Positions 1 to 11,060 of a DNA stretch of 64,000 bases are shown here, piece after piece. The notes under the pieces were generated by a model. It was not told the origin of the DNA. It saw only the letters and a program-made list of their open reading frames with translations, and made no database searches. How positions within the stretch are numbered: the first letter of the stretch is position 1; every line of letters begins with the position of its first letter. Position numbers and translations under genes: made by a program. The DNA is from Octopus sinensis (lineage: Eukaryota). The stretch spans positions 21,452,001 to 21,516,000 of the forward strand of contig NC_043005.1 in the NCBI RefSeq assembly GCF_006345805.1. Reading direction: 5' to 3'.

Positions 1-239
1 GCTAGATTTAGTGAATTGAAAGAGAGTGGCATTTCATCAGGACAGTGCAAGACTCCACACTGCAAAGATCACATCACAGAAGATCAAGGTGGATTAACTC
101 TTGAAACAACTGAAGAAGTTGAAACTGACCTTTCAGAGTTCTTCTCTTTGAAACCAAAAGAGGTTTTCACAAATGGGATTAAAAGCTTACAAGTAGATGA
201 AAAGATATCATAGATAATTATGGAAACTATACTGATTAA
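1..239 (+). mobile_element. Mariner transposase C-terminal remnant, internally deleted and frameshifted
   Basis: Frames give HQDSARLHTAKITSQKIK (HDNARPH-like) and EFFSLKPKEVFTNGIKSL/TSR*KDIIDNYGNYTD* (mariner-type C-terminus). Confidence 0.7.
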
Positions 240-299
240 ATTTCATTAAAATGTAAGATTTGATTACTTGTTTTTTTATTATTTAAAATCTGAACATTA

Positions 300-810
300 T
301 TTATTGGATTAGTGGATAGAAACAATACTTTCAGAGCATCTACATCCGTTACTAGTTTGTAACTAAGTAGCAGAAACTATTTACTACCTCAAGAGTGCTG
401 CCTGGGAATTTGATAGAGTCTAAGTCATGTATGCTCTTTGTGCATATTGTTCCTGCACATCTGTCACACACAAAAGCAACCTTATCTGTTAATCTAGCTG
501 TGATTCCACTGCATCTCTTATGCATCCATAGCTTACACTGGGAGCAGCAGATGGAATTACTTCCCATTCCTTTCCTACATAATGAGTAGGGCCATTTACC
601 AGACAGAAAGAGAGTCTTATATGCTTTCTTGCTAACAACTTTAGTCTTTGCTACGTTAAATTTAAAGGTTTTGCTTCCATACCTACATTTATCCAATTGT
701 GCTTCAGATTCTAAAATAAGGGTGAGGTCATCAGCATATAGCAGTTCCCATGGGCATCCACATTTGAATTCCTCTGTTATCGCCTGGCGGACTCTGATGA
801 ATGAGAGTGG
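300..810 (-). mobile_element. RTE-clade LINE fragment: end of the RT plus the Cys-rich insert
   Basis: LLYADDL motif near 760-735, then SICCSQCKLWMHKRCSG...FVCDRC and LEVVNSFCYL; same family as 61500-63330. Confidence 0.8.
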
Positions 811-818
811 ACTATATA

Positions 819-879
819 TATATATCAGTTGAATAAAGTTAAAACATGATCTGTTTTAACTTTATTCAACTGATATATA
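819..879. repeat. Perfect 28-bp inverted repeat with a 5-nt loop (mini-MITE-like hairpin in TA context)
   Basis: tatatatcagttgaataaagttaaaaca-tgatc-tgttttaactttattcaactgatatata. Confidence 0.85.
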
Positions 880-998
880 CATTCACATGAATTCAAAACT
901 ATATGTATATATATTTTACTGGTGAAGGCTGGTTTATGGGGTTACCTTGGGTTTCCTGTGCAGAAAGGGTTTCCCATATATATATATATACATATATA

Positions 999-1841
999 TA
1001 AGCATCAGTTGTGGTGTGCAAGAGAGACGATTGCGCTGGTATGGTCATGTGGCGAGAATGGATGAAGATAGGTGTGTGAGAAAGTGCCAATCCCTAGCAG
1101 TTGAGGGAACCCGTGGAAGAGGTAGACCCAGGAAAACCTGGGACGAGGTGGTGAAGCACGACCTTCGAACGTTAGGTTTCACCATGGAAATGACTAGAGA
1201 CCGAGACCTATGGAAGTATGCTGTGCGTAAGAAGACCCGGCAAGACTAGTGAAGCCATAACCCATGGCCCCTACCTGGGACGTAGTCAGTCCACCTGTGC
1301 ATACCTTCCTGCTTGAGACACTTGTGAAGACCTGTTGAAGCAAGTGAAAATCAAATCAAATCAAACCAAATCAAAATAGATGAACATCAATGGAATTTGT
1401 ATCCTTGTGGTGCCGGTGGCACATAAGAAAACCATCCGAACGGGATCGACTGGCCTCCGTGCTGTGGGCACGTAACAAACACCATCCGATCGTGGCCGTT
1501 CGCCAGCCTCGTCTGGCACCTGTGGCGGTGGCACATAAGAAAACACCGAAAACACCATCCGAGCGTGGCTGTCTGCCAGCCTCGTCTGGCACCTATGTCA
1601 GTGGCACATAAAAAACACCATCCGAGCGTGGCCGTCTGCCAGCCTCGTCTGGCACCTGTGTCGGTGGCACATAAAATCACCCACTACACTCTCGGAGTGG
1701 TTGGCGTTAGGAAGGGCATCCAGCTGTAGAAACACTGCCAGATCTGACTGGCCTGGTGCAGCCTTCGGGCTTGCCAGACCCCAGTTGAACCGTCCAACCC
1801 ATGCTAGCATGGAAAGCGGACGTTAAACGATGATGATGATA
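999..1841 (+). mobile_element. 5'-truncated RTE LINE 3' end, with a 3' UTR containing about four tandem 60-65 bp repeats (1405-1680) and a (GAT)n tail
   Basis: CGVQERRLRWYGHVARMDEDRCV...GRPRKTWDEVVKHDL, tandem gtggcacata..ccatccga..gcctcgtctggcacc units, ends catgctagcatggaaagcggacgttaaacgatgatgatgat. Confidence 0.85.
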
Positions 1842-2049
1842 TATATATATATATATTAATAGATCGGTTTAAAAGACAGAATCTATTTCAAGTGGGTATT
1901 CGACTACTAGTAATGTTGGTAATATTATCTCACGTCTAAATAAATATAAGCTGAATAAATATTACTTTAAGAAACTAAATAATAACAGCAATAATAATGA
2001 TAATAATTCAAAAATTGTACTTGTAGAGATAAAAATAATTGTAAATTTA

Positions 2050-2132
2050 TTAATAATAATCTAACTTGAATGACATAGTATATAAATGTGTGGTAACCCT
2101 AAATGTAGATAGTAGTGGTAGTAGTAGTAGTA

Positions 2133-2183
<51 letters not shown>

Positions 2184-2500
2184 GCGAAAATCAAAATGTG
2201 ACTTACATTGGATCAACATCTAGTAAAATTAAACAGAATTTGTACTCTTTTAAGAATAAAAAATTGATGAACTCGACAGGCTTAAGTAAATATATATGGG
2301 AATTAAAGTCTAAAGATATAAAGTATAAATTAAAATGGGAAATAATATGTAAAACGAAATCATATAGAATAGGTAATGAATTCTGTCTTCTGTTTACACA
2401 CGAATTTAAGAAAATAATAAGAGCTAAAATAAGACTAATCAACATCCAGGATGAACAAAAAAATTAAATGTAAACAACATAAACTGAATTGTCTATTTAA
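2050..2500 (+). mobile_element. Penelope-like element GIY-YIG endonuclease remnant with an in-frame (AGT)n(AAT)n expansion
   Basis: DIVYKCVV...TYIGSTS...STGLSKYIWELKSKDIKYKLKWEII matches the C-terminus of Penelope-type ORFs. Confidence 0.7.
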
Positions 2501-3039
2501 TAAGATGAGATAACATTTGATTCTTTAGAAAATAAAACCCTAATTTTAAATCAAATAAAATTTAATCATAATACTTAGATATAATGTATAATCATATTTT
2601 ATTATTTAGTATAACTAAAATATATCTACTTATTTATATATAAATGTAAGATAATATTTGATTAACTTTTAATTTCAGATATTTTAGTTTCTTAATAAAA
2701 ATATAGTATGATATTAGATGGTATTATTCTAAACTTTTAATCTTAATTTAGAAACTCAAGTTTAAGAATAATTGTATAATCAATATATATTAATTGTATT
2801 ATAATTATAAATATAATAAAAAATTAGATTTTTATTGATTTTTTACGAATTTTATTGACTTCTGCCTATTTCAAAATATTTTAAAATATTTTAAAATTAT
2901 ATGTTGAGTAATTTAGTTTACCTATCTATCAAAGTTAGCATGTAAATAAAATTAATCAGACTTGCAGCTGCCCAGTTAATTAGGAAGAGAATTTCATTTG
3001 ATGAGATATAGTTTGGTCTTGTGCAAGGGAGAATGTTTT

Positions 3040-3810
3040 CCTTCTTGTAAGATAATTGCAGGAGAAATATTTAGTTAAATGTAAGCCATTGTACTTGGCA
3101 TTCATTAACCTAGAGAAAGCCTTTAATACAACACTTCAGTGTGTGATTTGGTGGTTTCTGAAAAAGTTAGGCATAGAGGTGACTTGATAGAGCCTTACAA
3201 GCCATGCACTATCAGTAAGGTGAAAATTAACAATGAGTATAGCAACAAATTTAGAGTATACCAGGGCTTTATTCTCAGTCCTCTATTAGTCATCATAGAC
3301 TTCTAAACCATAACAGGAGTTTAAGACTAGTTGCCCTTGGGAACTACTATATGCTGATGGCCTCTTTGTTATTGTAGAATCTGTAGAAGAATTACAATAG
3401 AAATTCCTGATGTGGAAGCAAAACTTGTATTTGAAGAGTCTCAGTGTTAATTAGTAGGCTTATAAAGAGACAGTACTTTACTCCCATCAGTTAAGTCACA
3501 CTGCTCAATATGAGAAAAAAGGTATAAGCAGGAATTCCATATGGTGTATCCAGGGCAAGCTAATCTATAAAAAAATTACTGTGAAATTACAGGAAATTTA
3601 ACAGAGTAAGTAGTTGATGTATATGGAAGATATGCAGGTGCAATAAACATTAAGTATGCACAGGAAACTGATTTTCTTCATTGCCCAGGATGGTCCTTAG
3701 AAGTACTAAATAGCTTCTATTACCTCGATGACTTAATTGGCAATGGAAGGACATGTTCTAAATGTATGCCACAAAAATAAGAATGGGATAGAGAAAGTTT
3801 AGAGAGTTAT
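3040..3810 (+). mobile_element. Degraded RTE reverse-transcriptase fragment
   Basis: KPLYLAFINLEKAF and LLYADGL motifs with many stops; homologous to 62040-62830. Confidence 0.7.
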
Positions 3811-4552
3811 TATCTAGAAAAATCCTCCTGTTACCTGCCATTTCTGCTCTACATTTTGGATCTACTACAATCAGACTTTGCGAAGAGCAGAACATTTTTT
3901 ATTTTCCTTTAACTTCCTTTTAAAATTTCCTTCTACCTGGTCAGGTACTGGTCAAAATAGGCTTAAAATAAATAGCAGAGTTTCTACTACTATTACATTT
4001 GTTAAATTTCTTCTGTTGCAGACATTATGGTTTAGCTCAGAAGAAGATAAATGGAGTCTGTTCTCTACTTTATTCAATTGTTTGGTTATGAAATTGATTT
4101 ATAAATATGATTACTGTATTAGGGAACTATGATACTCCAACCTTATCAGAAACATGTAAATTAACTGGAGTAAGATATGTAAATATCCATCATATTTGTA
4201 CCTTTCCTATAATAATCTGTAACTACATACCAATTTTACTTGGTGACTAAACTTTGGGATTTACAAATTGTACTCATATTTTGTTAAAGTACAGATTATC
4301 TGGATTTCTAAATCTGTCACAACACAATTATTTTAGCCAAGTTTCCTTTTCTTCACAGAGAGCTTACAAGATATTTCACCAGGATCCTTAATCATTTCCT
4401 TTCATGTGATATGTGTAAGTCTGTATCTGTGTGGATGTCTTCAGTTTGTTACACTCAGTATCTTTTATTCTAAATTTGTTATTATCTCCTCATTCTCACC
4501 CTCCTCCTAACATATATTCACCATTGATACCAATTTCTATTATCACTTCTAG

Positions 4553-4723
4553 CTATTACAAGAGTTGAATGTGGACCTCCAAAAGATGTTGTTGGTGCAA
4601 AGAAGTCCTACACTAACACCTCCTATAAATCTGAAGTGACCTACACATGTCCAGGAAATGAAATATTAAAATCAATATGCAAAGATAACTCTAAATGGAC
4701 TCCAGTTACATCTGATTGTGAAG
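4553..4723 (+). CDS. Exon S1, Sushi/CCP domain: ITRVECGPPKDVVGAKKSYTNTSYKSEVTYTCPGNEILKSICKDNSKWTPVTSDCE
   Basis: cacttctag|CT...GAAG|gtatat, 171 nt, 4 Cys plus Trp in the Sushi pattern. Absent from the ORF track because it has no start codon. Confidence 0.9.
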
Positions 4724-7700
4724 GTATATAGGTTCTCTCTTGTTGTCTTTGCCTACGTATTTTTAAAAAAATTATTTTGTCAAATATTTTTGTCAGAGGA
4801 AGAATAGTTGAATCCATGACAATTTCCATTGTATTTGAGGCTGGTTGGAGGGAGAGAGAAAGCTAAGCTCAGACCATATAACTTCCCAAACATTTGTGAC
4901 AGAGTGAACTTCATTGGAACTATCCAAGGATCAGGTAATGGAATTAATTTTGGTGATGAATTAAGCCTGCCAGCCAAGAACAACAAATGAGGAACCTTGT
5001 TCTCTCCAGCAGGCTTCTACTAGTTTCTGACCATTATATTTCATTCACAAGGCTTAGTTGTAAAGTAGATTTTTACCCATGCTGCCATAAGTCCAGACAA
5101 TACCACATTATTATTAAGTGAATTTATTACTTCCACAGCTCTACCTCAGCCCATCTTGGTCATTTTCTTCTTCACTTCTAAGTTGACCGTTTTCACCCAT
5201 ATTTTGTTTCATCCTCTGAAATTGCACATCATAAAACCCTAAAACCTCTGATGCTCTAATGATCTTCCATTTCACTATGCTAAATTATAATGAGACAAAT
5301 AATAATAATGGTTTCTGATTTTGAAAAAAAGCCAACATTTATCAGTAGAAAGGGTTTAGTTAATATCATTACCAGCAATACTTGATTTGCATTTTATGTT
5401 ATTGACCGCCTGCAAGAATAAAAGATAAAATTAATATTGGCTGGATTTGAACTGAAAACATGAAGAGCCTGAATACATGCCTTAAATCATCTCTTCCTAT
5501 AACCTAACTAGTATACATGTATGCATTTAAAATAACAGCAAGAATGACGATGAAATCCTCTTGAATGTAGAAGGATCTTTAACTAGGATCAATTGAAGAA
5601 TCCCCACCATCAAAGATCACTATGAACTCCAAGGGCAAGTGTGTTCTCTCATTAATATTCTTTGAGATACAGATTTATGCACTCGGGGACTCATCCATTC
5701 TCATGTCACTGAATAATTTTTCTTGAGGAGAATATCTTCCTCTCCATCCTCATCTTCTTTACAAGGGAAACTTTAAAAATACAGATTAGAGATTGACCAA
5801 AGAGGGAAGTCAGACCTTTCAGTCTCAACCACCACACCTCTTTTGCTACAGCTACCAGAGGAAAAGCATCTCCTCTGCTCAATTAAAGTAGGATGTGGGG
5901 CAATCATCATGATTGACTTCACTGTTGTCCAGATCTATCCCACACACAATAACAGCAGTTTGACATAAATATACATGTGACAACTGCCTGGACACTGAAT
6001 GAGTGCATGTAAAACTTATTTGTTGCTCAGTGCACATCTTGGATGACGCTGTAGGTTATATGATTGTAGATTATATTTTGGACCAGTATACAACTTATAC
6101 TACTTTGGCAGCACTGCCAAGGACTTCAGAAAGTGGTTCATAGTATTTCCTGACCAAAAATATCTTTGCCAGTCCATTCTCATTGATGCCAAGAGTGTTT
6201 CTAAGAAAGTCAGTGCTCTTTCCCCTACCCTTATTCTCTATAGATCCCATTGCCAGATTTGATTTAGCATACTGAGTATTAAATTAGATAATCTAGCCAT
6301 CCCTTTTCTAAGATATTGGAGTGCAACTGAGCGAGATTTTTTTAATATATCTAACATGTTGGGCATCCATACAGGGGGTTTGCACATTGAACTTACTATT
6401 GCAAGCTAACAGATCTGACACAGTTTATGGTTTGGTATAGTTTGTGCCTGGTTCAACAACACCACCTGGCCCATCAGAAGGTTATAGTGATGGTGGTGAA
6501 CAATATTTGATCCAATGATAATATATTTATTAAGTGGCAAATATTCACATTGAGAATGGACAACACGAATCATACAAGTTTAGGAGGGACAGTAGCATGA
6601 ATATATCATGGCATAGCCCCTTAAAAAATAAAAATACTACCTCATTGTCGTCAATATTTTATTCATTGTTTATGGACATAACCAGTCATAATTAGAGAAA
6701 GTAACAAGACTGTGTGATATTCATGTCTTTTTCAAGAGCACTAACTGTATGTATGAATCAAAGTGACTTAGACTGAGAATCAAGAACTGATTATTGACTC
6801 ACACCACTCATTCCATATTTGTGCTACAAGAACAACTATGGAGAAATACTCAAGGTCACTTCTTGCATGAAAAGCAATTAATGAAGAGATTACATATTGA
6901 ACCAAGTTATTATGATTAATTAAAATTTCATCCTCAGTGGGTGGTAAAATTATTATGTTAATAACTAATTCTGGAAAAGAAATTCAAAAGGGACGACCTT
7001 GTAAAGTTAATCACTTTCTTTCTTCATCTCACTAAAAGTATAGTTTTGATGAAATTAAATTTCTTGGCTTACTATATAGAGTTGTGAGTGTCTATCAACA
7101 TTTACTACATTTTTGTATGTGTTCATTAGATGAGAATGAAAATGAAATTGCTTTTGTTTTTCAGATCAAAACATCATGAATTCAATTAAGTAATGGGCCT
7201 TTTCATGATTAGCTGTATTTATCCATTTACATTATGGGTTCAAATACTACAGGGATATATAGAGTGATCCAAAAGTCATAGACCAAAACATTTGATATTT
7301 TATTCTTTATTACGTAGTTGTTGTTGTTCATTTTGCTCATCATGTACATGTGTATTCATTATAGATTTTTATCTATTTTATTCAATTTTAGAAAAATCGA
7401 AGCATGTCTTTGACAGCCCCACAGTCTTTGGACTTATTTTCTGCATCATTTTTGGCCCGTTCTGTACTTCACCTTTCATACTTTGAGGTTGATAAAACAA
7501 ACACTGTTCAAGTACTGATCTTCACTCATTTTGCAGAATATGTGGCCTTGTGCTTAAGTTAGAAACTGTCATCATGAATGTTGTTACCATCAATAATAAT
7601 TATAAATTTTCATGTTGTTAAGGGATTGACAGAATCATTTGAGCATCAGACAAAATGTGTTGAGATATTTATTCTAGCTCTTTAACTTCTGAATTCAAAT

Positions 7701-8370
7701 CCTGCTGATGTCAGCTCTACCTTTCCAAGATCAATAAAATAAAATACCTATCAAGTAGAGGGGTCAATTTAATTGATTGTCCTCAAATTTTTGTCCTTTA
7801 TACATTAGAAATTATTATTATTGTTGATTTTGTTATCTACATTTTTGCATTTGTCTCAATTTTACTTTAATTTCAGATGCTAAGCTCCATTTTGTGAAAG
7901 TAAAAGATGCAATCCTTGATACACCTAAGAAAACTTTGTGGAATAAGAAACATGTAACAGCAGATGAATGTGCTCATAAATGTTTATTTTATACAGATTG
8001 TTTAATATTTGAAATAGATAGAGGAAGTAGAACATGTTACTTCTCAAAGCAAAGTGCAGCTTCCGCCAAGAAATTAAAACCAAAGAAAGGCAGAGATTAC
8101 TACCAACGAATAAACTGTAATTATTCTCCGTGTTTCTCTTTACCTCTTTTTCTGAAAACTGTGATTTCATTTGTACTTCATAGTATACAGAAATCCACTT
8201 CTGCAAAGACAGACAAGTTTATCTATAAGGACAGACATAAGTACATTCCAGAAATAAGCAATTTTACAAAGTGTAATAACAGCCATTATTAATTTTGAAC
8301 ATTTTGAGCATGTTTTCAGTTGTTTCTTTCTCTGTGTGTAAGCAAGGAAATTCTTATTATTTTACTTAAA

Positions 8371-8408
<38 letters not shown>

Positions 8409-10988
8409 TTGATAGAATGGATTGATAGAATAGCTATGGACTTGTACTCCTTGGAGGAGCAAAAGTGGGAGGGTATCAAGGTAGAAGATGTAAGATCTGC
8501 TCTCAGGAGGTCAAGCAAATGGAAGTCTCCAGGAAAGGATAAAATTCCTAACTTCTGGTTGAATGCCTTCCCAGAGAGCCATGAACTGCTAACAGAACTT
8601 TACAATGATGTTTTGCAACACCCTAGTAGGATGCCTGCTTGGCTAGTTAATGGTTTAACATTCCTGCTCCCAAAAAGTGAAGAAACAAACGAACCAAAAA
8701 ACTATAGACCCATGACCTGCTTAACAACTATGTATAAAACGCTAACATCTGTCCTGACGGAATATACCTATAGTTTTTTAATAGACAGCAGCATATTCCC
8801 TAATGAACAGAAAGGATGTAAATGTGGATCATATGGTTGTAAAGATCAGCTACTCATCAAAATGATGATTTTAGAAGATTGTCACAAATGACACAAAAAC
8901 TTGTCAATAGCCTGGATAGACTATAAAAAGGCTTTTGATGGCCTACCATATAGCTGGATTAAGAAATGCCTGGAAATGTATAAAATAGCACTTACTCTGC
9001 GAAACCTTTTGTCTGTAAATATGAGATCATGGAGAACCACACTAACTTTGAACAGTGACGTTGAATCTCTAAATGCTAGTGATGTAAAAATTTCATGTGG
9101 CATTTTCCAGGGCGATTCACTATCACCACTCCTCTTTTGTTTAGCCTTAATACCTCTCTCAAAATTGCTCAATGATGCACAGTACGGGTATAAAATGTTG
9201 GATAAAAATATAAATCATCTCATTTACATGGATGATTTAAAGCTCTTTGCAAAAAATGACCAACAACTCAAGGGCTTACTAACGATTGTTAAACAATTCA
9301 GTGATGACATCAGAATGCAATTTGGCCTCAATAAATGTACACAAGCTACCTTTATCAAAGGGAAAAGGACAGAAACATCTAACGTTTACTTTGACCAGCA
9401 GAATGCCATAAAAGAGTCAGACCCAGCAGAGTGCTACAAGTACATTGAAGGGGACGGAATAAGGCATTCAGTGATGAAGGAAAGGATCAGGAGAGAATGT
9501 TATCACAGAGTAAGAGCAATACTCAAGACAGCTGAATGCGAGAAACAGGATTGAAGCGATCAATGCATTAGCCATACCAGTCATGACTTACAGTTTCAAT
9601 ATCATTAACTAGTCAATTACTGAAATATGTAATCTTGACAGAAAAATACGAAGACTGTTGACAATGCATAGAATGCACCACCCTAAGGCAGATACAGAAC
9701 AACTTTATCTGCCAAGAAAAGAGGGAGGCTGTGGACTTTTACAACTGACAATAACAATGAAGATTGCTACAATTGGCCAAGACACCTACCTGAAAAACTC
9801 TGAGGACTGGATGTTAAAACTTGTCTCAAAACATGAAAACAAGAAAGCATCATACTCAGTAACAAAACAGGCAAAGGAATATCTAAGTGAATTCTGAATA
9901 CAACAAAGTTCATACAAGAAACAAGCACAGAAAAAGCTAAGCGCATGAAAACCTGTACTAAAACTGCTGCCTTAGATATTCTGAATGATAAATGGCAAGA
10001 AAAACCTCTCAATGGCAAATACCCAAAGAGAGCAAATAATGCAGATATTGACAAAGCCCTGACCCATCAATGGTTAATGGCCTCTGGCTTAAAATGTGAA
10101 ACAGAAGGGTTTATCATAGCAGCTCAAGATCAATGCCTACCTACAAGGAACTACCAGGCCAACATATTAAAGAACGGCAGTAGCCCAACATGTCGTGTAT
10201 GTCAACAACAAAAGGAAACCATTGATCATGTTGTCTCCAAGTGCAGTCTTCTTGTGCCTACGGAGTATCTCAACAGGCATGATAGAGCTGCACAATATAT
10301 TCACTGGGTAATTTGTAAAAGCCTGGACTTGCCCCATGATAGAAACTGGTGGGAACACAAACCACCTCCAGTGCTTGAAAATGACCACATCTCACTCCTC
10401 TAGAACTTCACCATTCAAACTGACAGAAAGATAGATGTGAATAGGCCAGGCATCATAGTAAAAGACTTCAGACAAAAAACATGCCTCCTCATTGATATGA
10501 CTGTCCCAATCGATATAAACGTATCTGTCAAGACCTACCAGAAACTGAGCAAATATAAAGATCTGGAAATAGAAATCAGCAAGATGTGGAACCTGAAGAC
10601 AAAAACAATACCTGTTGTCATAGGTGCCCTGGGAATGATAGCAAAAAGGGCTGATTGCTACTTAACTCAGATACCAGGAAACCCCAAAATGGCAGAAATT
10701 AAACAGATAGTGCTCATGGGAACTGCTCATATCCTATGCAAAACACTTTCTATATAATCTCAAGTTTTAAAACAAACATAATTTTTGTATGGTTTTTTAG
10801 CCATTCACTAGTACAACACGAAGTACAAAACCAAATATATGGCACCCTAGGCATAACACCAACACGAACTTCCAACCTGTTGTCTCTTGAGGTCTCTGGG
10901 TGAGACTTGGAGCCAGCTTGTGCATATGTAAAGCAAAAGTCAAACATAGAATAATAATAATAATAATAATAATAGTAGTAGTAGTAGT

Positions 10989-11060
<72 letters not shown>

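Noticed and set aside
1405-1680. Array of 60-65 bp repeats superficially like a CRISPR array
   Set aside because: The units are whole tandem repeats without unique spacers, lie in an RTE 3' UTR that recurs at 45.2 and 63.5 kb, have no cas genes nearby, and the context is eukaryotic
2722-2770. Hammerhead-like GAAAC-TCAA-GTT with tattct/agaata stem near the first Penelope fragment
   Set aside because: No recognisable CUGANGA core, and the very AT-rich context makes chance pairing likely
4873-4934. Conserved AG...GTAAT-bounded block after each Sushi exon as a possible extra exon
   Set aside because: About 62 nt (frame-shifting), with no conserved peptide among copies; better explained as an old TE remnant duplicated with the unit
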